From Tubiluchus corallicola (taxonomy: Eukaryota > Animalia > Priapulida): a DNA stretch of 64,000 nucleotides. Below the pieces are notes generated by a model, which saw only the letters and a program-made list of their open reading frames with translations, was not told the DNA's origin and made no database searches. The position numbers and the translations under genes were made by a program. The stretch's first letter is position 1. Every line of letters begins with the position of its first letter. Positions 13,301-28,300 of the stretch are shown piece after piece. Location of the stretch: the NCBI GenBank assembly GCA_030141605.1, contig JAQGDQ010000612.1, positions 62,001 to 126,000 of the forward strand, written 5' to 3'.

Positions 13301-16300
13301 TTGTGCGTGTACACTGAATGTTATACAGTAGCACTGTACTTCAATTTTCGCTTTCACAAACACGCACAACTCACCAACATCACGCACGCTCGTAGAATAT
13401 TTGTCCTGTTGACAATTGTACTAAGTTGTGATGTCATCATAGTTGAGCTCACTTGCCGTTAATTAAATTTTTAACCTATTATTTAATTACCAGATGTAGT
13501 TTGGCATTTTTACAGATCTTATAATGTATACTTTTTACTGTACTTTAAAATGGGGTAGGGTATGAAAAATCAACCTCTTTTCCTTTAATGTTAATCGAAT
13601 TCATTTCAGTATAATTACTTATGCAACATCTAAAGTTAAGTTGCATAATATACATACTAGCGCTATTCTTACTGTCTGTTCAACTAAACGTGCTTAAATC
13701 CTAATAGTAATACTGCGCTGTCCCTTCAGATGTTGGCTTCAGTTTATCCGGAAGCCTTCAAGACGGAGGAAGCCTTCACGCAGTTGATCATGTTTCTGCG
13801 CACGGACGTTCCTTACGCTGTCGACCACACCTTGCAGATATTCGCCAAAGTGGGCCACGAGATTGAGCACACTCAACCAAACATTTACAGGTTAGTTGTA
13901 GTTTTGCTGTTTTTTACGTGCTGCTCTATGCAGCCGTTGCCATAACTATCGTTGTGTCATGCTTTTCTCTCCTGTTATTCTTTGAACTTAACAAAATATT
14001 TCTACTTTGTTCCTTTAATGCTAACTAAATTTATCTGTACCAGTTGGAAGTCTTTTAGCATCACTTCAGGTTCTACGGTCAAGGTCGTGCGTGTGATGTG
14101 CAAGTAAAGTTTAAAGGACAAGAAAAGGGGCATCTGCACTAAGTTTCAGAAAAGTCGCCTTAAAAAATTATATTGCTTTACAACAATTTTATGCACGTAT
14201 CGTATTCGCATTGAAAGGAATTTTCGTTTGTTTTCATTTTGAATCTCCTGCAATACTGTTCCGAAGTGGCCATTACAAGACGTCATCTATGCACAACTTA
14301 AATCAGGGGAAGAAAAGGCAATGTTAAATTATGATCCAAAAAACCTTCCGTGCAAATCTATATTACTTAGCATTTCACTTACGTGCTGGAAAGACTTATG
14401 TAACTAGACTAATAATTTTAAATGTTTGTGCCAATTGGTAAAATGTCACTGACTCACCCTTCAGGGTGCGCCACTCACTAGCCGTAAACGTATTTTTGAT
14501 CTTATTGACAAGATACAGTAATTTAAAATTTTACTTAATTAGCAACATGCATGCTACGAATGCTCTGATTATTTTTTCAAAGTTTACTTACGCAATATTC
14601 TCATAACTTGTTTCAAACAACCTATGATTAAAATGGCTGCACCTAACGGTCATCGCGGGAGTTTAAATTTACACATTTTATACAACGTTACGGCCGATGC
14701 AAGCCATGCATACGAAAAGGTAGTACGTGAGTGGTATAAAATTTCGTGACGAATTTTTTAAGCTTTATGTAAGTGGAGGGTTTTCTGGTTCTTTGAGTCA
14801 TTTTTTATTTTTGTTTTTGTTTTTTGTTTTTGAAGTCAATGAGATTTTCTTTGAGTTACTGGTTATCACATTGCATCAGGTTTATGTGTTTTAAAACATC
14901 TTGACTTTGTTCATTGCAATACACCAACAAAACGGGACGACGTGGAGACGACTCTAGGTCATGACAGAGGTTCAAGGTCACGTAATGGTTTTCAGGGAAA
15001 ATGTGTGAGAGAAACAAAAAAATCTCTGTAGAGCATTACGTCATGAATCAGCAGGCTTCTTTTTGGTCAGTTCATGCCGAAAGGAAAGAAGCCAGTGTAT
15101 GAAGAGTAACAGCAACACCTGTATACATCATAAAGTTTCATGAGTAAACCTGCACTCTGATGTGGAAAAAGTTTAACCGTTTTTTATAAATTCGTTTGTT
15201 GGCCTTAAAGTCAGTTTTTCTTTTTTGGATATTTTTGTTTTTTGTCTTATCATAGTTCATATTTACAAGTATGAGTTTTTGTCTTGTTTCAGTTGCATAG
15301 TACCAATCCTGATAAACCTAGCAAAGACGGGCACCCCTCATCAGGCTAAGCATGCCCTGCAAGCTATACATGCCATTTGCTCAACGAGAGACGTGCTGTT
15401 TCAGCAGCTATTTGAGGTAACTTGTTCACTTTATGACGTCAATAGTTGTGTTTGTTTATCATTCTCGTCTCATAAAGAAATGTGTTGGTTCAACGTAGAT
15501 AAAGAGAAAGCGAGGTAAGTAAAACAGTAGATAACTAAGGGAATTCAAAATGTTGCCGATTCAAATAATGCGGCAATAGTTAGTGTAGATGTTTGGTCTG
15601 ATCGTAAACTGCTGATGTGGAGTCGTAATGACTTCTGAACCTCTGGCTTGAGGAAGAACGGTTTTCTTTAATTCTGCCAAATTTGTTAGAAGAGAGATTA
15701 ATTCGTAGACCAGTGCAAAACTAAATTGCAGTAACGACAATGCTCTAGTTCACTTTATACTAATTCTAGAGGCAGCACGGCTTTCTCTGCACTGCCTTTT
15801 ATCTCTTCACTACCTTTTTTTGAATAACTCAAACCCTATGCCAGCTACATTGTATGGATAGCAAAGTTTATACCTGAGAAGTGTTTGTAAGACACTGGGT
15901 AAATGTAATCTAGGTCGTGACTTTGAGACATATTTTCACAGAAAGAAAACTTTAAATGTTTAAATTGTTAACAAACTTCACACAAACATTCATACAAAAC
16001 TGAACAAGACTGTTCAGAAATATCATTAACCCTGTAACACAGTGATGCGGTACACTGAGCAGAGAAATGTAGAGTTCAAAATTTTTTGTGTTGTATACGA
16101 GTACTATAACATAGCTGTAGCATACGACAGATCTAAGGACAGGTATCGGCTTACAAGCTTGTTTGTATTTTACAGTTTAGCAAAAATCATCTGTTTCTGG
16201 ACTCTCCTCACTGCTTGACCGCTTTGTGCACCGTCGGTCATCTGGCGTGGTACACACCGGAGCAGTTTAACCACGAAATGAAGACCATCGTGTCAAAGCA

Positions 16301-19300
16301 GATTGTCCGAGAACTGCTGATGGAAGATAAGGTAAACTATTACATTTCACAGACTGTTATTTATTGGTATTTATGGTTTTCTTAAGCTTTTCTCAAATGA
16401 AGAACAAGGTTTAAGAAAGTTATGTTAAAGAACAAGAAAACCTTCCACTTACATAAAGCCTATAAAATTCTTCTTAAAATTTCCTATCACTTACGTACTG
16501 ACTTTTTGCATGCGGGCTTGCGTCGACATTAACCCTGTATAAAACATGTAAATTTAAACTCCCGCGATGACTGTTAGACGCAGCCATTTTGACGGTAGAT
16601 CACAAGTTTAGAAACAAGTAGAAACAAGTTTAGATGATATTGCGTAAAGTTTGAAAAAATAATCAGAGCATTCATAGCACACTTGTTGCTAAGTAAAATT
16701 TTAAATTACTGTATATTGTCAATATGTTTCTAGCTAGTGAGTGGCGCACCCTGGAGGATGAGTCAGCAACATTTTACCAATAGGCACAAACATTTTAAAT
16801 TATTATTTCAAGTTACATAAGTCTTTTCAGTAGGTAAGCGAAATGTAATGGCACCGTCGGAACAGTACTGCGGGAGATTTAAAATGAAAGAAACAAAAAT
16901 TCCTTTTAACGCGAGTACGATATACGCATAAAATTGCTATAAAGTATTATATTTTTTAAGGTGATCCTTTAACAAAATATTTTAGGTAGTTTCATCTAGG
17001 ACTTACTAGTCATGCCGGTACGAAAATCATTTTTGCAATTTTAAACAAAACTGCAGAATTTTTGCAAAATTAGCCATTTTTCTGTGAGAAATGGTTACTG
17101 AGCTAGAGTGGTGATTGGTCGAAACAGTGACATGTGACTTCATAACCCTAAATAACAACCTACTCATTGTTTAAGTGCACAGGTTGGAAAAACCAAAATT
17201 AGTTTAGCTCGGTTAATAATGGCGGAAATTATAACAGAGAATAAAGGAAACCTTTTTATTTCACATGAACTTGATTAGTGCCTTACTGTGCATTTGCTTG
17301 TACGAAAGCTTGTTTCAGTTTGTCTGTCTCCATTTTCAGACGGCTTCTCATGCCGATGCTTCTAGCTGGTTGAAAGATGAACAAATGTCTCCAGAAGTCC
17401 AGGCAAAGGTACTCCATAAAATGCTGAAATTCACAATTATAAATTACGTTCCAAATATTCGTCTGTTACTCTTTTAGCAGCTGATCAGTTTTTATCTGTT
17501 TTTCAAATAGTTACAGTATTCAAAGAATTAATTAAAATCTTAACAAGTTTTGGGGAATATTGTAAGAAAAGTGAAATGATGTAACTTGATTGTATGAAAA
17601 TGAAGATACAATTACACCTTCTTAATAGACGTAAGACTACAGCACTTTATTTATCACAAAGAGTAAGTTTTTTTACAGTTGTAAAATCTATAAAGCGGAT
17701 AATTGATATCCATGTTTTAACCTACAGGTGAATAACTTTTGTCAATTAACGTCTTGCATTAATTAATGGCTATATTAACTATACTTAATTAATGAAATAG
17801 CTGTATTTCATTACGTAAGAACAAAACTTGTCAACTTGAACAACTTTTCCTCATTCATCGTAGGTACAAGGTTTGAAGCTGATAAGTCGCTGGCTTCTTG
17901 GTCTACGGTCGAATCAGTCGGGCGTCGGTGCGTCGACGCTACGATTGTTAAACACGATGATAACTCATCAGGGAGACTTGATGGAACGTGGCATGCTCAA
18001 GTAAGTGGTTGCTGTATTCATGTCCTATTTTCTTACTGGAAAACCCCGGAGCAGCCAGAACTTGCTGTAATCCTGAAATTTGTACAGTTAGTCAGTAAAG
18101 TCAACAGCGGCACTAGATATAAAATTTTAGTGGAAAATTTTTTGGTTCCTGAAATGTTTTGCAGTGCTGAAAGTGGGACATCTGAGAAACTTTACGCCTC
18201 GGTCTTTCTTTCTTAGTGCTTCTATACGCTTTAGATTTTTAGTTACTATTAGACTTCTTCTCTTTTGTTGATTTTTCAACATCATTTTACTGTTTTGCTA
18301 ATCCCGAGACAGTGGCACATCAAGACTAAAACATGCTTCATCGCTATCATATTTCACGTATATTATTACAAACTCTGATAAATTGCTGGGCAATGAGTCT
18401 ATAGTCGATGCATGACACTCGGTGTTGTTAGAATTTTCACTTAGGGCAAGATAGGTAGCCCTCATGGCTGTAAATTTCACCAGCAGATGTCTCTGATAAT
18501 CACTTTGGCAATGGCTATCTGTCAAAGTTCTCTATATATCAGTCTACAACTGTTTTAATTTTTAGTGTTGCGGAAATGGCCCGACTACGGCTTGTTGCCG
18601 GTAGCAACATCTTGAAATTGGCAGCAGAACCTTGTTACGGGGACATAATGACTCGGGAGCAATTCCAGACGGTAGCTCTGCTTATAAATGTAAGTATTCC
18701 TCCTTTTTAACTTGCTCATTGTGCTTTGGGCAGTTTTAGACAGTAGTTAAGTTCACATTAAATATTATTTAAAAATGTTGTAAATTGTAAAAAGCAAGTA
18801 TTTGTTATGATAATGTCATTGCGTCTGATAAACATTTATACTGATGTATGGCCAACAGGGCCAATCACAATCACATCATATTATATCATATACATGTGCG
18901 AAGAAATCTTGCCAAAGCACATTGGACTGTTCTATGCTGTGATTGCGTAAAAGTTTTCAATCCACCATTATCCGTTAAATTACAGAATTCAAGAATACAT
19001 TGGTTTACAGTATTTAAGAAAGCATTATGTACAGTGCTTCTTACTTTAATATCCAAGCTAATTGGATATCTACGTAGCTCACCTAACATAGGGTTACCAT
19101 ATTGTCTGACACTTTTTCGCACACTTGTAAGTAGGCAAGTTCTGCCACCACATGTCGAGCATTCGGCTTTCCAGTAATATCGACCTGCGCGAAAACACGG
19201 GTACTTGGCCTTTATTTCATCTGTAAATGCACACTGTCGTTTCGGCATTGCTACTTTCTAATTAACTTTTACCAGTTGCTCAAAATTGCAAAACAGCGAA

Positions 19301-22300
19301 ACTATACAAATTTAAAGAAATTCGCATAAAAACAAACAAAATGGCTCCCGGAAGCTGACGTCATTTTAAGTTGTTAGCGAATACGCCGAGTATCGACAGC
19401 GGTGTGAGTCGTATGACCGATAGTGACGTGCGCATCGCTTACTTTTGTTCAGTAAATATGTACACAAAGCTTTTACAAGGGTTGCATTTTGAGATGTTAG
19501 CAATATCTTGTATTGAAAATTGACAAGCTTTTCTTTGTCTCGTACTGTCATACGCCTCTGCAATTGGCAACATCCGTACATACTTACAGACTGAGGCAAA
19601 ACCAGGACAAACTGCCGATTTTTTGAAAACCCACCCAGACAGAGACCCAAAAAGAGGACGTGTCCGGGGAAACCCGGACGTATGGTGACCCTAACCTAAC
19701 ACAGCAGGTGTTGGAGTTGTCAATTTTAGCACCCAAAACTGACAAAGTGGCCAAAATGTGTTGATTTGCCAAAAATTGCAAAAGTTGCTTTATTGCTTTG
19801 TGTCACCAAATGTTCGACAGTTTTGTTAAAGTAAGGAGTTTTTGTAAAATATACACCGACATATTTATTTTCTAAGCAATGATGCAATACAGTGTTGGCA
19901 GAATAAAATATTGCATTACCAGGTGTCACAGTATTAAGCATTGATGTCAGACTAAGTTATCGAACAAGGTTTTAGACAAAGTTCATATCCAAAATTAATA
20001 CACTGAAATAGTTGTGATGCTCAATAGACCGCTTAATTACACATTAAAACAGTTTAAGACTTCTGAACATTTAAATGAAGATTAATGCATTTTAAAGAAT
20101 TTGAAACTCGCACAAATAAAGTTACGTCAGTCACTAGCACTCTAGTTTGTTTGAAAGATTTGGTTTTGTGTAAAAGAAAATTCTCGGTAATTTTAATAAA
20201 TCGCATCTTTAGCTACAAAGCTACCGTAATGTGAGAGACCCACAATCCCAACATACATCAGATGCTCAGATAGATAATTATTATTAAGTTAATTTTCGAA
20301 GCAATGTAATTTGTTTTCATTAAGCTCGTGATTTTAGCACTGAAATCCTTTGCGTGCATTCAAAAAAATGTCAGTATATTTACAGAACTTGCTTTAATTT
20401 CATAAAATAACGAACATGGAAATGCAGTACTTAAAGCATGAAAGTTTATATTTTCATGTTTTACACAGGTCTGTTTCAAAGTGTAAATTCTCCATGCAGC
20501 GAACTTGCATGTACTATGTGAAATTTCATAGCACGTTTATTGAACTGCATGTGAAAAGGCGCTAATGTTGTGTGTAAATTACGTAAACAACAAGTTTTAT
20601 AAACAAACTCATTTTTGTTGTTTCTTTTTTGTGCACATATAACAATAATAATAAAAAATATTAATATTTTTGTGCAGTGAGGTATTTTCAGTCGCGGTTC
20701 TTAACTAAAATTACTGGAGGTGCTGCTTCAGAAAATTTTTACCCATTGTTTTAATACTGTGTAACATGAAGCAAACATTGTAATGTGTGATTCTAATTTT
20801 AAACAAGCAAATATACGACAATTTATACATAAACTTGATAAAATCGTAAATGAGAAAATATTGTTTTCTTACGAATAGCCCAAATTCAAGAATATTCAAG
20901 TACACGGTTTTAAAGCACGTGACAACTGACAACACGTACTGCAGTGAGCGACTCGTTTCTGACATGTGCGCATGGCCGCTTGCGCACAACCACCAAACAC
21001 CCCGTTGCTGGAGCTGTGAAGTGCACAGTTCCGTCATGTGCTCTGGTTCCTTACAAGTATAAAGAAAGAATTAAGGAAAAAAGACTCATTATATTGAATA
21101 TTATCGATAATGATGAGTGAAAACAGGGGTGCTGCAGTTCCACAGTACCTGTACATGAGCCGTCACTGGATATTTTAAGCTTCCACCTAGTTCTTATGTC
21201 CGCTTTAATGAATAAAGTTTTTTCAGCTGAGAATGCTATTTATGGGTCTCTGTTTCTTTGAGTCTTTATGCTAAACACTATATTTTTCATATCAAAATGA
21301 ATTGTGTGCTACTGTGTCAGTCTACATATTTTGCAGGATCAGGTGTATGAAGTGCGAGAACAATTTGCGCAGAAGCTACATAAGGGTCTCATAACGCTGC
21401 GTTTGCCGCTTGAGTTTCTGGGCATTTTTGCTCTGTGTGGTAATGAGCAAAGCAAGCAGCTTCGAGATCAGAGCAAACAGTTGTTACTGCTAAATATCAA
21501 CAAGCGGAGAGAGTACTTGCGCCAGCATGCAGCCGCTAATGGTGAGTACTCACAGAGTCTAGCTATTAGACGTGTACCAAACAGTCTGATTACATCATTT
21601 GTAAACCTAGTTTAATGTTTGCTACAGTACAGAATGACTGATGTCAAGGTATTAGACATGTACCTCACAGTCTGATTACATCATTTGTAAACCTGGTTTA
21701 ATGTTTGCTACAGTACAGAATGACTGATGTCTTTAATGAAGCCATGCAACAAGTTTTTTTCCCAAATTTACAAAATGATACTTCTGAAACTTTTTGTGTC
21801 AATTAAAAGATTTTCGGAAGCACGTTGTACTTTCATTTATTTATAGACATATGTAACATATTGTATGTACTGTTTATACTATTGAGATATAATTCTGTTT
21901 TTGTTTCCAATTTTTCTGCGAAACGGACTAAAATCTGGCTCACTTTGGTCGTTTTGTGCCAAAAATGTTTGCTGGTTTAACAACTGTAAAGAGACAGTAA
22001 ATTATTAATTACAAATCTGTCTCTATGATAAGAAATAAAAGTTTTTTCTGCAGTGAAAATGTCGGGCAGATTCCACATTTTGCTGCCATAATTGCAGAAA
22101 GTCTTCTCTCACTTTCTACAGTATTTGGTGACTGATTTTGTTGTCGTTTCATTTTCAGCCAAAAAATTTTCCATTCTACCCGACTACGTGTTGCCGTATG
22201 TAATTCACCTGTTGGCTCACGATGCAGACTTCGTTAAAGTAAACGATACGGCATCGCTTAAGCAACTGCAAGAGTAAGTCGCTCTAATTAATGTCACCTG

Positions 22301-25300
22301 TCAATTAACAAAGTTTTCCATTCTACCCGACTACGTGTTGCCGTATGTCATTCACCTGTTGGCTCACGATGCAGACTTTGTTAAAGTAAACGATACGGCA
22401 TCGCTTAAGCAACTGCAAGAGTAAGTCGCTCTAATTAATATCACCTGTCAATTAACAAAGTTTTCCATTCTACCCGACTACGTGTTGCCGTATGTCATTC
22501 ACCTGTTGGCTCACGATGCAGACTTTGTTAAAGTAAACGATACGGCATCGCTTAAGCAACTGCAAGAGTAAGTCGCTCTAATTAATTCACCTGTCAATTA
22601 CAAAGTTTTCCATTCTACCCGACTACGTGTTGCCGTATGTCATTACCTGTTGGCTCACGGTGCAGACTTTGTTAAGGTAAACGATACGGCATCGCTTAAG
22701 CAACTGCAAGAGTAAGTCGCTCTAATTAATGTCACCTGTCAATTAACAAAGTGAATTTACAAACTTGCCACATTTTTTCACATGACATTTATAAGCAGAG
22801 CAAGTGTTCCAATACTGTCAAGTTCTAATATGAAAACTTTGTAACAAAATGATTAATTCTGCTTTTTTTCAATCAGTGTTACCCTAACTATGTCCACTGA
22901 GAATTTGAAATTTGTATGTACGACTGTGATAAGATACCCACCTCTTATCCGTATGAGTGTTCTAAGTTTTACTGACTAAACCAAACCAGTGCTAAGTTAT
23001 TTCAACAGTTGCGTTGATTTGTGCAATTTGAATTTAATTTTGATTAACTATCCCGTTCTAATAAAATATTTCTTGTGGAACTACTAATACATCTGCCATA
23101 TTTAACAAGACTATGTGATTCAAATTGATTTCGTTTTTCTTCTTAGTGAGCCCAAATTTTTCGCACGTTTATCCCGTAGGTTAAATTTAGCACTGAATCT
23201 GGAGTTATCCCGCTATCTCATCAGTACAGTCTGCGTTTTCCCATCAATTTCAGGTGTTTGTGGTTCATCATGGAACCTCTGATGCTGCGTAATGAAAACT
23301 ATTCCTACAGCTTCTTGAAGAAGTTGATTGAAAACATTAAACAGACAAAAGATGCAATGGACCCGGACGATGAACTTGTAAACTACGTAAGTCATGATTA
23401 TGTCTTAGTGTAAAACAGTTTTCATGAACAACGAATCTACAATATTGAACTATTTCAGGGAAGACTAACAGTGCTGCACCTTTACCCAGTAACGTGAAAA
23501 TCCCTGTTTTTCCTCAAATTTTGCTCATTGGATTTAGCGTTAATTGAAACAAGCCTTAAAGTTAATTGACGAAATAAAGGATAACATTTGAGCTTCTTAA
23601 AAAGTGTGTTAAAGTACCTGAAAAAAGTTAAATATTTTTTGATCTGTTACAAGTACTGATAAACTGAAGTATGAAGTACAAGTACGTGTACTTGAAAAGT
23701 GGTAATCAAGTACTGAATACAAGTAATTTTTGTCAAGTAGAGGTAAGTGTACTTAAAAAATGGTAGTTAAGTACTGAATACAAGTAATTTTTGTCAATTA
23801 CAAGTAAGTGTATGTACTTAAAAAGCATTAATCACGTAATCAAGTACTGAATACAATTAATTTTTGTCAAGTACAAGTACATGTACTTAAAAAGTGGTAG
23901 TTAAGTACTGAATACAAGTAATTTTTGTCAAGTTCAAGCAAGTGTATGTACTTAAAAAGCATTAATCACGTAATCAAGTACTGAATACAATTAATTTTTG
24001 TCAAGTACAAGTACATGTACTTAAAAAGTGGTAGTCAAGTACTGAATACAAGTAATTTTTGTCAAGTACAAGTAAATGTATGTACTTAAAAAGCATTAAT
24101 CAAGTAATCAAGTACTGAGCACATGTAAATACCTGAAATGGATTGCTACCCATTTATGCCTGAAAAATTTTGCAAAATTCATTTCCAGTACTGGCACATT
24201 TGAGCATTAGCATGCAAGAAAACTACAATAAGCCTATATTTTTTTACTCCAAAGCATTATCTTTAACCAATCAACTACATCACTAATACATTTTATATGT
24301 GTTGACACCGAGAAACACACAGGGTAATGACATCTTCGTCTAAAATGAGAGTTTCAGACCTGCTTAGAAATTCAGTAATATAACTAAAGTCAAGCGTAAC
24401 CTATTCAGATAGTTTGATGGAAAAACAAAGCTTGATGCTTCTTTCAGACAGAGAGATTTGATTGTTTTATTTGTATGTGCTTTGATTCTTAAACAACGGC
24501 AAAGTAGTTCTGAAATCTTTAAGGTATATATGACAACCATCATCTTTCTTGTTGTAGAAATTGTATGCTGTGTGCGACCTCGCGCTGGGATTAGTCATGA
24601 GCAAAACCATGAATTTTGTCTTGAAAGATTTTCCGGGAGAACCCGTGCTTCCTGCGAAACTCTACACAAATCCCGATAAGGTTAGTGAATGGCCGTGATT
24701 TAATCTTTCTTTTCCGGTAAATTATATTTTATTTTTGCTTTATTTAGCAAAGTTTAAGCAGTTTGTATTTTCGTGGTGCTAGCATTATACGAAACAAAAA
24801 GACGCTGTTACACTTTGACGCAACTAATAGAGACATAGCTTGAGTTCTGACTTCCCCGTGTTGCCTGCACATCCCCACAACTCTTCATGCTGAGCCACTT
24901 GAGTTCTGACTTCCTCGTGTTGCCTGCACACCCCCACAACTAAGCATGCTGAGCCACTTGAGTTCTGACTTCCCCGTGTTGCCTGCACCCCCCCAACTCT
25001 TCTTGCTGAGCCACTTGAGTTCTGACTTCTCCGTGTTGCCTGCACACCCCCACAACTCTTCTTGCTGAGCCACTTGAGCTCTGACTTCCCCGTGTTTCCT
25101 GCACACCCCCACAACTCTTCATGCTGAGCCACTTGAGTTCTGACTTCCCCGTGTTTCCTGCACACCCCTACAACTCTTCATGCTGAGCCACTTGAGCTTT
25201 GACTTCCCCGTGTTGCCTGCACACACCCACAACTCTTCATGCTGAGCCACTTGAGCTTTGACTTCCCCGTGTTGCCTGCACACACCCACAACTCTTCATG

Positions 25301-28300
25301 CTGAGCCACTTGTGTTCTGACTTCCTCGTGTTGCCTGCACATCCCCACAACTCTTCATGCTGAGCCACTTGTGTTCTGACTTCCTCGTGTTGCCTGCACA
25401 CCCCCACAACTCTTCATGCTGAGCCACTTGTGTTCTGACTTCCTCGTGTTGCCTGCACACACCCACAACTCTTCATGCTGAGCCACTTGAGTTCTGACTT
25501 CCTCGTGTTTCCTGCACACCCCCACAACTCTTCATGCTGAGCCACTTGTGTTCTGACTTCCTCGTGGCCTGCACACACCCACAACCCATGCTGAGCCACT
25601 TGAGTTCTGACTTCCCCGTGTTGCCTGCACACCCCCACAACTCTTCATGCTGAGCCACTTGAGTTCTGACTCCTGTCTACACCACAACCCACAACCTCCC
25701 CGTGTTGCCTGCACACCCCCACAACTCTTCTTGCTGAGCCACTTGAGTTCTGACTTCCCCGTGTTGCCTGCACACCCCCACAACTCTTCATGCTGAGCCA
25801 CTTGAGTTCTGACTTCCCCGTGTTGCCTGCACACCCCCACAACTCTTCATGCTGAGCCACTTGAGTTCTGACTTCCCCGTGTTGCCTGCACACCCCCACA
25901 ACTCTTCATGCTGAGCCACTTGAGTTTTGACTTCCTCGTGTTGCCTGCACACCCCCACAGCTCTTCATGCTGAGCCACTTGAGTTCTGACTTCCCCGTGT
26001 TGCCTGCACACACCCACAACTCTTCATGCTGAGCCACTTGAGTTCTGACTTCCTCGTGTTTCCTGCACACCCCCACAACTCTTCTTGCTGAGCCACTTGA
26101 GTTCTGACTTCCTCGTGTTGCCTGCACACACCCACAACTCTTCATGCTGAGCCACTTGAGTTCTGACTTCCTCGTGTTGCCTGCACACCCCCACAACTAA
26201 GCATGCTGAGCCACTTGAGTTCTGACTTCCTCGTGTTGCCTGCACACACCCACAACTCTTCATGCTGAGCCACTTGAGTTCTGACTTCCCCGTGTTGCCT
26301 GCACACCCCCACAACTCTTCATGCTGAGCCACTTGAGTTCTGACTTCCCCGTGTTGCCTGCACACCCCCACAACTCTTCATGCTGAGCCACTTGAGTTCT
26401 GACTTCCCCGTGTTGCCTGCACCCCCCCAACTCTTCATGCTGAGCCACTTGAGCTCTAACCCCGTGTTCCTCACCCACAACTCTTCATGCTGAGCCACTT
26501 GAGTTCTGACTTCCCCGTGTTGCCTGCACACCCCCACAACTCTTCTTGCTGAGCCACTTGAGTTCTGACTTCCCCGTGTTGCCTGCACATCCCCACAACT
26601 CTTCTTGCTGAGCCACTTGAGTTCTGACATGCTAAGTAACATAACTTTGCATGGAATTTTTTTAGGACATAATTTGATATTGCCTTTTCTTCCCCCGATT
26701 TACGTTTGCATAGGTGAGGTCATGTAATGGCGGAAGAGTATTGCGGGAGACTTAGAATGAAAACAAACTAAAATTCATTTCAACGCGAGTACGATATATC
26801 CGTAAAATTGCTGTAAAGTAATATAATTTTTTAAGACTTCAGGTACCTCTTTTCTTGTCTTTTAAGTAGTAAAATGTTACTGAATGTGACTTGAATGACA
26901 AGATTTCTTTGAAAAAAACTTTGGGATAGTGAATGATTAGTCAAGAATCCTTATGGATAACTTTTTCACTCATTTTACATGATTAATTATTTCATTTCTT
27001 GTGTCTAATATTACAAACTTCCCAATTAGCAGCTCTTGTTGCTGCTGCTGCTGCTGCTGCTGTGGTTCGTGTTGTTATCGTTTTGTCGTCGTTATCGTCG
27101 TGATTTTTATTATTAACATTTTAAATCGGTTTGAAATATGCTACCATTTATACATTATCGTCAAAAACATGTTGGAAATTATTGATTTTAAAATTTGTTG
27201 TTTTTACGTTTTCAGACGTACAGTAACAACAAGCTCTACTTGCCTCGTGAGTTTGCATTCACACCGCCTCGAGTGGTAAGTATGTGGGCTTCTCACCTCT
27301 TTTTACAACATGGCTTCATGCTGTTTTATATAAGCATTTTCCCAGTGTGAACAACTTTATTACAAGTGCAAACTGTAAAAGGTCATTAAAGTTTTAAACT
27401 AAATTTATATGATCTTGATATATAGCTAGTGCGCTTTGTCAACGTGTCGGATGTCAAACTGTAAGAAGTTTTTAATATAAGCATTTTTTTGTCTCATGTT
27501 TGAGCTTTCATGCTGATTGCTTTTCCGGAATTTTCCAGAGAGGGAAGGCTGCCCGGGAGGCTATGATGGCTAATCTCAGCCGCATTCCAGCTGCCTTACC
27601 CAGGAAAACTGTTTCCACGACGAATAGCGGTAACACGACACAGTAAGTGTGAAGTTCCGACGCTTTTGAAACACAACAAATTTTGGAAAACGAAACGCTT
27701 GCAAACTTTTATCTCTTTAGATCGATAAATAGAAAAATCCTACGGTTAAATTATCACAAAAAATAGGAAAAAAGAAAGAAAACACATTTCAATTACCACT
27801 TTAGTTCTTCTTGTGAATAAAAAGTAGGACAAAAACTAAGCCATAATGAATTACTAGAACTACTAAACTAATTTTTTGTGAAACATAGAAAGGATGTCAC
27901 ACTATGAAGGATACAAGTAAGTAGCAAAAACACAGAAGCACAGCAAGTAAAAACACAAGGGAGAAACACAAGTATAAAATCCCTGTCTATAGTCAGAGTA
28001 CAGAGTGGGGCACAACAAAAACCTTTAGGAACCTCTGCAAATTCTGATATCATCATTTTCGTATTCGCAAACAGGAAAGTCATATAAAATATTACTGTAT
28101 GAGTCAACGTAGTCCATTATACATATAACCTCACTTCGAATATGTGAGTGAACGACTAAGTATAAGTATTTCAAAGTAGTTTATGCTTTGCCTGTGCACT
28201 GCAGTTTATTACGCTTTTTAGTTTTCGTTTAATGGAGTTTATTCTTTCTCAGGTTGGTCCCAAGAGGTAGAGGGCGACCGAGAAAATACGTCACCGAAAT

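Noticed and set aside
24824-26642. Numerous overlapping minus-strand ORFs
   Set aside because: They arise from the 59-bp minisatellite; the unit is not a multiple of 3, so the frames rotate.
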